DNA of 64,000 nucleotides, taken from the IMG/VR virus record IMGVR_UViG_3300028592_000009. One strand, given 5' to 3'. This DNA is from an uncultured virus (IMG/VR IMGVR_UViG_3300028592_000009). Its lineage: Duplodnaviria > Heunggongvirae > Uroviricota > Caudoviricetes. Of this stretch, positions 48,773 through 55,734 are shown one piece after another. The position numbers were made by a program, and so were the translations under genes. Under the pieces are notes generated by a model. The model saw nothing but the letters and a program-made list of their open reading frames with translations. It was not told the origin of the DNA and made no database searches. How positions within the stretch are numbered: position 1 is the first letter of the stretch; each line of letters starts with the position of its first letter.

Positions 48773-49734
48773 CGGATCTCCTTCCGCGTGTCGCCGACAC
48801 GGGTCTGGCCGAGGTCGGCGTTCCGGCCGTCGTTGCGACCCCGGGAGTAGGACTCGCCGATGATCCGCTGCTGGTAGCTGCGACCCTCCTTGATGTTGTT
48901 GTCCTCCTTGTACTTGTCGTACGCGTCCTGGACGAGCGCCCCCTTGTCGCGGAGGGCGAGCTCGGCGCCGGTCGTCGCCTTGACCTGAGCGTCGCGGTGC
49001 TCCTGGAGCTTGTACAGACGGATCGAGACTTCGGTGCGGAAGCCCTCGGCGTAGGACCGCTGGAAGGTGACCGGCGTCTGGACCGCGCGGTACTCCAGAC
49101 CCATGAGCTTGCACCAGCGCTTGCAGGCGCGGATGAGGCGGCCGCCGTCCTTCTTCTTCTCGTGCCACTCGACCCACGGCCACGGCTCACCGATGGAGTC
49201 CTTGGGGTCGAGGTTGTGCTCCTCCATCCAGTGCATCCGGGCGATGTTCATCTGCGAGCAGGTCCGCTCCCAGTTGATCCCCGCCTCGTGCAGGATGTAG
49301 ACGTTCTCGTCGTACGAGCGCTGCATGTCGACCTTCGGGTCGATCTTGCGCAGCAGCTGGAGACGGAGGCTCGTGTAGACCATCTCGGCGAACTTGATGT
49401 CCGAGGGCAGACCGATGAAGTCGCCGAAGCCGTTGCTGTACCCGTGGAAGGCGCAGTCGTAGTGCTGCGCGACGCGGATGCAGAGGTTGTACAGGCTCGT
49501 CGCGATCGGGCTGTCCATACCGGCGAACTGGAAGCGAACGCGCTCCGGCATCTCGACCGGCTTGGCCTTGTCCTTGTTCGCGGCGGCGAGGATGGCCGCG
49601 TCGATCTGGTACTTGGCCATCAGCTCGTCGGCCTTGGCCATGAAGTTGTTGGCGGCCTCCTCCTGCCCGCTCTCGCGGTGGGACTCGGCGGAGTTGAGCA
49701 GCGCCTGGATCTTGTTGATCATGGCGTCAGACAT
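48769..49734 (-). CDS. DUF2786-domain protein
   Basis: 'KIQALL..AES...EAANNFMAKADELMAKYQID'. Confidence 0.75.
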   Translation of the reverse strand: MSDAMINKIQALLNSAESHRESGQEEAANNFMAKADELMAKYQIDAAILAAANKDKAKPVEMPERVRFQFAGMDSPIATSLYNLCIRVAQHYDCAFHGYSNGFGDFIGLPSDIKFAEMVYTSLRLQLLRKIDPKVDMQRSYDENVYILHEAGINWERTCSQMNIARMHWMEEHNLDPKDSIGEPWPWVEWHEKKKDGGRLIRACKRWCKLMGLEYRAVQTPVTFQRSYAEGFRTEVSIRLYKLQEHRDAQVKATTGAELALRDKGALVQDAYDKYKEDNNIKEGRSYQQRIIGESYSRGRNDGRNADLGQTRVGDTRKEIR

Positions 49735-49746
49735 GGGGTGCTCCCT

Positions 49747-49803
49747 GGTCTCCTCAGCATGGGTACCTTACCCATGGACGTGACTGGCTGTCACGTTTCG
49801 ACC
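49747..49803 (-). ncRNA. type II hammerhead ribozyme HH10
   Basis: GGUC-GAAAC-GUGAC AGCCA GUCAC-GUC^CAUGGG UAAGGUA CCCAUG-CUGAGGA-GACC; predicted cut 49777/49776. Confidence 0.93.
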
Positions 49804-49812
49804 TGGACGGGA

Positions 49813-50037
49813 TCAGTCGGTGCCGAGCACGATGTGCTCGTTGTTCGGGACGTCGCGGAGGGCGGCCTCGCGGATCGCCTCGTCCGACTTGTGCTTGTGC
49901 AGCATGTGCGCCAGCTTCTCGAGCTGCTCGGCGGAGATGTTGATCGCGTCCTGTCCGTCGTCGAGGAGGACGCCCTCCCATCCCTCGGACACGGTCGCCC
50001 AGAGGTAGTCGTCGAGCTGGACTCGTTCGTTCGCCAT
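49813..50037 (-). CDS. hypothetical protein
   Basis: AGGAG RBS, MANERVQL... Confidence 0.6.
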   Translation of the reverse strand: MANERVQLDDYLWATVSEGWEGVLLDDGQDAINISAEQLEKLAHMLHKHKSDEAIREAALRDVPNNEHIVLGTD

Positions 50038-50045
50038 GGTCGCTC

Positions 50046-50174
50046 CTAGCAGCCCTGGTTGAGGATGAAGATGATGCCGAGCAGGACGATGATCAGGAGC
50101 ACGATGCATCCGAACATCAGCTCGATGGCCATCTTGAGCATGTCGCCGTAGGACATGTTGGTGAAGCGCTTCAC
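50046..50174 (-). CDS. small single-TM protein
   Basis: GTGA overlap; hydrophobic C-terminus. Confidence 0.5.
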   Translation of the reverse strand: MKRFTNMSYGDMLKMAIELMFGCIVLLIIVLLGIIFILNQGC

Positions 50175-50461
50175 GAGATCGCCTCCCACAGCGGACGGGG
50201 CGCGTAGGGGCTGATCCTGCCATAGCCGTTCACCTGGTCCGTGGCCAGCCACACGGCCTTGCGCGCCTCGTCGGCGAGCTCTCCGTCGATGTAGTCGGCG
50301 AGCTCCTCACCCGAGATGACGCCGAGCACGACCCCGGTGAGCGGGTAGGTCGGCTGCATCCCGACGAGCACCTCGACCTCGGAGACGTCGACACCGGCGT
50401 CCTCCAGGTCCAGCCGGATCTCTCCGAGCTTCTCGATGAGCTCCGTGAGCTTCAGCTTCAT
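50171..50461 (-). CDS. hypothetical protein
   Basis: GGAGG RBS directly after a hammerhead. Confidence 0.7.
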   Translation of the reverse strand: MKLKLTELIEKLGEIRLDLEDAGVDVSEVEVLVGMQPTYPLTGVVLGVISGEELADYIDGELADEARKAVWLATDQVNGYGRISPYAPRPLWEAIS

Positions 50462-50472
50462 GTTCCCTCCAC

Positions 50473-50535
50473 GATCTCGTCAGCACCCGTGCCATACGGG
50501 CGGACGCCACGGCTGGATGTCGCAGCGTTTCGATC
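50473..50535 (-). ncRNA. type II hammerhead ribozyme HH9
   Basis: GAUC-GAAAC-GCUGCG..CGUGGC-GUC^CGCCCG UAUGGCA CGGGUG-CUGACGA-GAUC; cut 50503/50502. Confidence 0.92.
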
Positions 50536-50547
50536 TGGCTGTGGTGG

Positions 50548-50673
50548 TTACCAGTGGAGCCCGAAGGCTCGCAGGACCAGCCCGATGCCGACCCCGAGCA
50601 GGACCCCGAGGATGGCGCAGGTGGCGATGTTCCACGGCGTGTCCGTGAAGAACGAGTTGAGCTTGCGAAGCAT
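50548..50673 (-). CDS. small single-TM protein
   Basis: GGAGG RBS, hydrophobic segment. Confidence 0.55.
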   Translation of the reverse strand: MLRKLNSFFTDTPWNIATCAILGVLLGVGIGLVLRAFGLHW

Positions 50674-50770
50674 GAGCCCTCCCGAGGCCCTAGGCGGCCG
50701 TCTACGGGCCGCGCGTTGCCGGGTGAGCCCCTTCGCCCACCCGGCTTGCGTTCGGCGCTTACGTTGGCGC

Positions 50771-51313
50771 CTACGGCGTCTCGATGAACCCGGCCTCGTC
50801 GGCGTCACCATTCTCGACCGCCGCGAGCTGCGCCTCGGAGACGGCCGGATAGAGGCCAGCCGGGTGCTCGGTGAAGTTGCTGGCGCTGGAGCAGCCGATG
50901 TACTGGAGCTCGCACTCGATCACGCGGAGCTCGCGGTTGCGGATCTCCGTGAGGACGTTGTACCGAGCCTTGAGCTGCGCCTGGAGCCAGCTCGGGTCGA
51001 TCCAGGCCGAGGCCCGCATCTTCTCGTTCGCCTTGAGCTCCAGGTACGCGAGCCGAACGAACTCGTCGACGTTGCCGAACTGCTCCAGGGTCGGCTCCAG
51101 ACCGATCTCCATGTCGGTCCGGTTGCCGAAGGACTCCTTGAGGAGGTACTCGACCTCGTCGTTCTGCTCCTGCGCCCGGAGGCGGTCGATGACCTCGTTG
51201 GCCCGCTTCTCAGCGTTGAAGCCGAGGATGTCGACGAAGACCTCGATCGTCTCCGCCGTGTCGAACTCCAGGTTGGTCTTCTCGATGAGAAGGATCCGGA
51301 TACCCATAACCAC
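50771..51313 (-). CDS. hypothetical protein
   Basis: AAGGAG RBS after a hammerhead; GTG 51313 or ATG 51307. Confidence 0.7.
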   Translation of the reverse strand: MVMGIRILLIEKTNLEFDTAETIEVFVDILGFNAEKRANEVIDRLRAQEQNDEVEYLLKESFGNRTDMEIGLEPTLEQFGNVDEFVRLAYLELKANEKMRASAWIDPSWLQAQLKARYNVLTEIRNRELRVIECELQYIGCSSASNFTEHPAGLYPAVSEAQLAAVENGDADEAGFIETP

Positions 51314-51325
51314 GCTCACTCCTTG

Positions 51326-51378
51326 AGAGCTCCTCAGCACCGGCTCTTACCGGCGGACGCCCGAAGGCGTTTCGCTCT
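51326..51378 (-). ncRNA. type II hammerhead ribozyme HH8
   Basis: AGAGC-GAAAC-GCC UUCG GGC-GUC^CGCCGG UAAGAG CCGGUG-CUGAGGA-GCUCU; cut 51356/51355. Confidence 0.95.
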
Positions 51379-51441
51379 TGCCTGGCGCCCGGTGCAGGGG
51401 TTTGGGTGGTCGCCACCCTGCACCGGGGCCGTCATGGGGTG

Positions 51442-51927
51442 TTACTCAGCGGCCTTGGCGGCCGTGCGGCGGGTGCGCCGGACTCGCGGCTTGGCCACGG
51501 GCGCCTCCTCCTTGGCCTCCTCGACCGGAGCGGTCTCGGCCACGGCCTCCTCGACCTTCTCCGCGTCGTCCGACAGCGCCTGGTCGGCCTCGCTGTCGTA
51601 CTCCTCGGGCTTGGTCTCCTCGGCGACCGGCGCGGCCTCCTCGCCCTTGAGCTTGGCGAGCTCGGCCTCCAGCTTGGCGAGCTTGCGGGCCTTGGCCTCC
51701 TCGGCCTTCTTGGCCGCCGCGACCTTGCGGTCGGCGAGGTTCGCCTGGTTCTCCGGGCTGGCCTGGAAGTCCAGGCGGAAGGACACCGCGAGCTGGACGG
51801 TCTTGAGGTCGGGCTTGACCCCCGTCTTCTCCTCGATCCAGGCGGCGAACGCCTTGTGGAGGTCGGTGGGCTCGGCCTTGGCGCGCTCGGCGAAGGTCTT
51901 CTTCTTGGAGGCGGTGTTCTCGGTCAT
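51442..51927 (-). CDS. PTDLH-family protein paralog 2
   Basis: FAERA..PTDLHKAFAAWI.EKTGV..DLKTVQL; RBS after a hammerhead. Confidence 0.8.
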   Translation of the reverse strand: MTENTASKKKTFAERAKAEPTDLHKAFAAWIEEKTGVKPDLKTVQLAVSFRLDFQASPENQANLADRKVAAAKKAEEAKARKLAKLEAELAKLKGEEAAPVAEETKPEEYDSEADQALSDDAEKVEEAVAETAPVEEAKEEAPVAKPRVRRTRRTAAKAAE

Positions 51928-51939
51928 GGTAACTCCTAG

Positions 51940-52010
51940 GGACTCCTCAGCACCGGCACTCTACCGGCGGACCATCGGGGCGGCCTCTCGACCGCCCCTA
52001 GGTTTCGTCC
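51940..52010 (-). ncRNA. type II hammerhead ribozyme HH7
   Basis: GGAC-GAAAC-long stem III-GUC^CGCCGG UAGAGUG CCGGUG-CUGAGGA-GUCC; cut 51970/51969. Confidence 0.92.
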
Positions 52011-52258
52011 TGTGTACTGCTTCTCTCGCACCCGCCGGGACCTACCGGCTGCTTGTGCGAGGCGCGTCGACCAGTCGATTAGCCGAGCTACGGGTTTTGT
52101 GGAGGTCCCGTTCCTGTCAGAAGTCAGCGGCCCTTGCGGGGCGCGATCTCAGCCGTCTTCCTGGGCTGTCCTACTCGGGCTCGCGGTCTTCGGGCTGCGT
52201 CTCGACCGTCGGCTGGATGCGCCGTCCCGGGAGTTCCTCGCTTGCCCTGCTCGCTTAC
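52011..52258 (-). ncRNA. structured non-coding leader RNA A (unknown family)
   Basis: No credible CDS between promoter and HH7; shares covarying motifs with 55735-56148. Confidence 0.6.
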
Positions 52259-52265
52259 GAGTAGA

Positions 52266-52294
52266 ACTATGCGCCATTCCTCCGGGGAAGGCAA
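52266..52294 (-). promoter_or_regulatory. promoter driving ribozyme operon A
   Basis: TTGCCT-17bp-CATAGT, same hexamers as 56156-56184. Confidence 0.75.
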
Positions 52295-52451
52295 ACACCC
52301 ATCTACCTGCGCATTCATCGCGTTTGCCCTGGTAGGGGGCTTGCGAAGATTCTATAATTTCTTTCAAGAAATTACATATGCGCAGGTAGACATGAGTGTC
52401 GACCATCTACGGCGATTCACCGCGCCTCAGCGCGAATCGGGCGAAACCGCC

Positions 52452-52880
52452 CTACAGCGCCGTGAGCTTCCACAGCGAGCTGTCCTCCAGGCGCACAATC
52501 TGGGAGCCGTCCGAGGCCTTGCCGACGGGCTCGTACAGCTCCCAGGTGCCCGGCTTCTCCCAGGGGGCGCGCGGCTTGGCACGGGGCGGCACGGAGGCCG
52601 GGGTGCCGTCGCTGTGCGTGATGGGCTCATTCAGGTCCGCCAGGGGCACACCGGCCACGGCGGGCTGAGCCTTGGGCGCCGCACTGTTGACGCGCCAGAC
52701 GTGTCCCTTGGAGATCACGTCGATGTCCATCTTGTTCTGAGCGATGATGCGGCGCATGACAGCGCGGACCTGCTCGTCGCGGAGGCCGGTCTCCTTGCAG
52801 GCCTCGTTGATGATGATGGTCTGGCCGATGCGCGCGACCAGGTACTTGGTCATGGTCGACTGCACGTTCATGTTACCCAT
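52452..52880 (-). CDS. hypothetical protein (possible winged helix)
   Basis: AGGAGG after a hammerhead; 'NEACKETGLRDEQVRAVM...GHVWR'. Confidence 0.65.
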   Translation of the reverse strand: MGNMNVQSTMTKYLVARIGQTIIINEACKETGLRDEQVRAVMRRIIAQNKMDIDVISKGHVWRVNSAAPKAQPAVAGVPLADLNEPITHSDGTPASVPPRAKPRAPWEKPGTWELYEPVGKASDGSQIVRLEDSSLWKLTAL

Positions 52881-52896
52881 GTTGCAGAGCCCTCCT

Positions 52897-52958
52897 AGAC
52901 TCGTCAGCGGCCGTCTACGGCCGGACCGCACCCCGGTGACCCGGGGCCGGTTTCGTCC
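52897..52958 (-). ncRNA. type II hammerhead ribozyme HH6
   Basis: GGAC-GAAAC-stem III-GUC^CGGCCG UAGA CGGCCG-CUGACGA-GUCU; cut 52924/52923. Confidence 0.92.
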
Positions 52959-52967
52959 TGTGGAGGA

Positions 52968-53600
52968 TCAGACGTAGGACCAGGAGCGCACGACCGACAT
53001 GGTGCCATGGCTGGCGACCCGCTGCCTGGCCGCCTTGAGCAGCTCGTCCTGGTCGGGCTCTCCGAGCACCTTGACGCGCTGCTGGCTGATCTTGGCCGGA
53101 TACTTGAGCCCGTGCTGCTTGTCCATCTGCACGACGGCGAGCCTGTCGTAGCGGTTGAACTCGCTGTCCTCGAACCGGAGAATCACGCCCTCCATGCCCA
53201 CGTACCGGCCACGGGTGGTGAGCGACTTCACGCGCTTGCCGATGCCGGGGGTGGACCAGTTGTCCGTGGCCGACTTCACGAGCATGCGGATCGTCCACTC
53301 GTCGGCCGCCCTGAGCACGTCGATCGTGGCGTCGGCGGAGGCGTTGTGGTGGTACGTCCAGCCACGGGTCGTCGCGTACTGGATCGTCTTGACGCGCTCC
53401 TCCTCGGCGTCCCACACGACCGCGTAGAAGTCGCTGTCGTCGTGCATGTTGCGCTCGTAGATGCCGATCACGGCTCCGAGATAGGTCGTCTCGTGGGCCT
53501 CAAGGTGCAGTTTGTTGAGCGCCTCGTCGGAGCTGTACTGGTTGGGGTCGTACCCCTGCTCCTTGCCGTGCCAGGGGTTGGTGCAAGTGATGATGGGCAT
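52968..53600 (-). CDS. hypothetical protein
   Basis: GAGGAGG RBS after a hammerhead; 'HDDSDFYAVVWD...YATTR'. Confidence 0.75.
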   Translation of the reverse strand: MPIITCTNPWHGKEQGYDPNQYSSDEALNKLHLEAHETTYLGAVIGIYERNMHDDSDFYAVVWDAEEERVKTIQYATTRGWTYHHNASADATIDVLRAADEWTIRMLVKSATDNWSTPGIGKRVKSLTTRGRYVGMEGVILRFEDSEFNRYDRLAVVQMDKQHGLKYPAKISQQRVKVLGEPDQDELLKAARQRVASHGTMSVVRSWSYV

Positions 53601-53613
53601 GATTCCTCCTCGG

Positions 53614-53666
53614 GAGCTCTTCAGCAGGACCGTGCAGCCCTGGACGCTCACATGAGCGTTTCGCTC
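53614..53666 (-). ncRNA. type II hammerhead ribozyme HH5
   Basis: GAGC-GAAAC-GCUC AUGU GAGC-GUC^CAGGGC UGCACG GUCCUG-CUGAAGA-GCUC; cut 53643/53642. Confidence 0.93.
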
Positions 53667-53848
53667 TGGGTGGCGACCTCCGCACCCCTCCATATGAGTG
53701 CAGAGGCCGCCTGCGGGCCATTTCGAACAAGGCTCGTGCCCGGGCACAACCCGGTCGGACGATCGTGCTCCTAGGAGTGCACTAGCGAAAGCCGTGCTGC
53801 ACGAGCCAGGTCTTACGGATCCCCGCGTTCCGGCCGTCGCCGGAAGTC

Positions 53849-53998
53849 TTATGCCAGCTCCAGGCCTCTGTCGAAGCCGCACTGGGCATGGGCGACGATG
53901 CTGATGGCGCCCGAACGATCGGCCGTCCTGAACTCAGCCATCTCGTCGTCCGGCCCCTCGTCGCAGAGCTCGCAGTCGTCGTTGAACTCGGGCAGCAT
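53849..53998 (-). CDS. small Cys/His protein (49 aa)
   Basis: Read by hand: MLPEFNDDCELCDEG...HAQCG; TGATG coupling. Confidence 0.55.
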   Translation of the reverse strand: MLPEFNDDCELCDEGPDDEMAEFRTADRSGAISIVAHAQCGFDRGLELA

Positions 53999-54255
53999 CA
54001 GAGGGCCTTCCGAACGTTGATGGAGAGGACGACCGGGTTGGTCCAGATGTAGTTGCCGGAGCCGTCGGTGTTGCTCTGGTGGACGGTCGTCCTCCGGTCG
54101 ATGCGGTATGCCATCACGAACCGCGCGGCCATCGTTATGTCCGGGAGCTCGATGTCGAGCGTGCCGGTTCGATCCATGCCGTGGACCGTGGCCTTGAAGG
54201 CGGCCACGTTGCTCGTCAGCAGACCCTGCAGAACGGTGTCGATCTCGATGGTCAT
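53998..54255 (-). CDS. hypothetical protein
   Basis: GGAGG RBS after a hammerhead. Confidence 0.7.
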   Translation of the reverse strand: MTIEIDTVLQGLLTSNVAAFKATVHGMDRTGTLDIELPDITMAARFVMAYRIDRRTTVHQSNTDGSGNYIWTNPVVLSINVRKAL

Positions 54256-54264
54256 GATTCCTCC

Positions 54265-54321
54265 GGTCTCTTCAGCAGGCGCACCTTACGCCTGGACGTC
54301 GCTGGCTGCGACGTTTCGACC
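54265..54321 (-). ncRNA. type II hammerhead ribozyme HH4
   Basis: GGUC-GAAAC-GUCGC AGCCA GCGAC-GUC^CAGGCG UAAGGUG CGCCUG-CUGAAGA-GACC; cut 54295/54294. Confidence 0.94.
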
Positions 54322-54385
54322 TGGTTGGAGAAGTGGTCTTGCCGGCATGCCCATAAGCAGGCTAGCCAGACGGATAGGGCGGCCA

Positions 54386-54481
54386 TCAGGCCGCGCCCCA
54401 GAAGATCGCCAGGCTGACGGCGACAACGCCGATCACGAACAGGATGCACCCGAGGGCCATCTGGTCTCCGCTAACACCCAT
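54386..54481 (-). CDS. 31-aa single-TM peptide
   Basis: MGVSGDQMALGCILFVIGVVAVSLAIFWGAA; TGATG coupling. Confidence 0.5.
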   Translation of the reverse strand: MGVSGDQMALGCILFVIGVVAVSLAIFWGAA

Positions 54482-54600
54482 CAGAAGAACTCCACCTTCG
54501 AAACGATGAACATGAGCACGGACATGAGGACCATCCCGACCGCCATCAGCGCGAGCAGGAACAGGAAGCAGCCGCGCGCTTCCTCGTAGCCGTCGGCCAT
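54481..54600 (-). CDS. 39-aa single-TM peptide
   Basis: MADGYEEARGCFLFLLALMAVGMVLMSVLMFIVSKVEFF; TGATG coupling. Confidence 0.55.
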   Translation of the reverse strand: MADGYEEARGCFLFLLALMAVGMVLMSVLMFIVSKVEFF

Positions 54601-54719
54601 CAGAACACCAGCCCCATCAGGATGGTGAAGCCGACACCCAAGGCGAACCCCAGTCCGCCGAGACCGACAAGTATCTTGAACAGGTCGCTCCTGTCGCGAT
54701 CGCTGGAACCCATCAGCAT
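54600..54719 (-). CDS. 39-aa single-TM peptide
   Basis: MLMGSSDRDRSDLFKILVGLGGLGFALGVGFTILMGLVF; TGATG coupling. Confidence 0.55.
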   Translation of the reverse strand: MLMGSSDRDRSDLFKILVGLGGLGFALGVGFTILMGLVF

Positions 54720-54847
54720 CAGTGCTTCCTGCCCTTCTTGTCCTTGCCGGTGTTCTTGATGAGGACGTAGACGATCCAGCAGATCACGGCGATGAAGCCG
54801 AAGAACAGCAGGGTGTCCACGATGAGGATGAACAGTTCAGCGGGCAT
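54719..54847 (-). CDS. 42-aa single-TM peptide
   Basis: MPAELFILIVDTLLFFGFIAVICWIVYVLIKNTGKDKKGRKH; AAGGAG after a hammerhead. Confidence 0.65.
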   Translation of the reverse strand: MPAELFILIVDTLLFFGFIAVICWIVYVLIKNTGKDKKGRKH

Positions 54848-54858
54848 GCACTCTCCTT

Positions 54859-54941
54859 GAGCTCGTCAGCACGGCCACCTAGCCGTGGACGAGCCCCGGG
54901 CGAAGGGGTGTTGGGGAGTCCGCCCGGGGCTCGTTTCGCTC
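54859..54941 (-). ncRNA. type II hammerhead ribozyme HH3
   Basis: GAGC-GAAAC-long stem III-GUC^CACGGC UAGGUG GCCGUG-CUGACGA-GCUC; cut 54888/54887. Confidence 0.93.
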
Positions 54942-54945
54942 TGTC

Positions 54946-55254
54946 CTACTTGTCCGTCGGGACGTTGACGACCGCGTCGTCCGAGCCCCAGCCCGCGTTC
55001 GGGTCCGAGCCCTGGTCCTGCGGGATGTTGACGACCTCGCTGTCGTTGCCGAGGTACTGGTTCTCGTCGCCCATGTTGGCGATCTCCTTCTTGATCTGGT
55101 TCCAGATCGTCTCGTCGTCGAGGTGCGGGAACGTCTTCTTGGCGATGACGAAGACCGACTGAATCTCGATGTCTCCCTCAGCCCAGCAGGGCATGCTGCC
55201 CGGGCCCGGCACCTTCTGCTTGGTCAGCTCCTGGATGTCGAGCTCGACCTTCAT
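54946..55254 (-). CDS. hypothetical protein
   Basis: AGGAGG RBS after a hammerhead. Confidence 0.7.
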   Translation of the reverse strand: MKVELDIQELTKQKVPGPGSMPCWAEGDIEIQSVFVIAKKTFPHLDDETIWNQIKKEIANMGDENQYLGNDSEVVNIPQDQGSDPNAGWGSDDAVVNVPTDK

Positions 55255-55264
55255 GCTTCCTCCT

Positions 55265-55323
55265 AGGACTCATCAGCACGGCTTCCTTAGCCGTGGACCC
55301 GGCTGGCTACCGGGTTTCGTCCT
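55265..55323 (-). ncRNA. type II hammerhead ribozyme HH2
   Basis: AGGAC-GAAAC-CCGG UAGCCAG CCGG-GUC^CACGGC UAAGGAA GCCGUG-CUGAUGA-GUCCU; cut 55296/55295. Confidence 0.95.
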
Positions 55324-55649
55324 CAGTTGAACTGCGCCTCGACCAGCGTCCTGTGTCGGCGGATGGCCTGGCGTACCGCGTCGTACTTCGCCCCGTGCCG
55401 GAACGCCACGGCCTGCATGGCGCCTCTGACGCATCCGAGCTTGACCCAGTCCTCGTACAGCCTGGCGTCCGACACCCTGAGCGGAATGTACTCGCGCTGG
55501 ACGATGTCGTACCGAGCCTTGAGCCGCCTGCGGATGCAGGTTTCGGTCACTCCGTACTGGAGCGCCGTCTGCGAGACGTTCCGACCGAGCAGCTCCCACA
55601 TCGTGTGGATGCGCTCGTTGTCCTGGGGCAGCTGGCTGGTTGCCGGCAT
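55323..55649 (-). CDS. HTH-like DNA-binding protein
   Basis: 'GRNVSQTALQYGVTETCIRRRL'; GGAGG RBS after a hammerhead. Confidence 0.65.
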   Translation of the reverse strand: MPATSQLPQDNERIHTMWELLGRNVSQTALQYGVTETCIRRRLKARYDIVQREYIPLRVSDARLYEDWVKLGCVRGAMQAVAFRHGAKYDAVRQAIRRHRTLVEAQFN

Positions 55650-55660
55650 GCTCACCTCCG

Positions 55661-55734
55661 AGACTCTTCAGCAGCGCCGTTCAGCGCCGGACAGCCCGCC
55701 CCCGGGTCATGGCCAAGGGCGGACTGTTTCGTCT
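55661..55734 (-). ncRNA. type II hammerhead ribozyme HH1
   Basis: AGAC-GAAAC-long stem III-GUC^CGGCGC UGAACG GCGCUG-CUGAAGA-GUCU; cut 55690/55689. Confidence 0.92.

Noticed and set aside
54252..54449. ORF running through hammerhead HH4
   Set aside because: It would be cut by the ribozyme, has poor codon usage including TTA/CTA, and has no RBS; only a TGATG overlap at 54386 supports it
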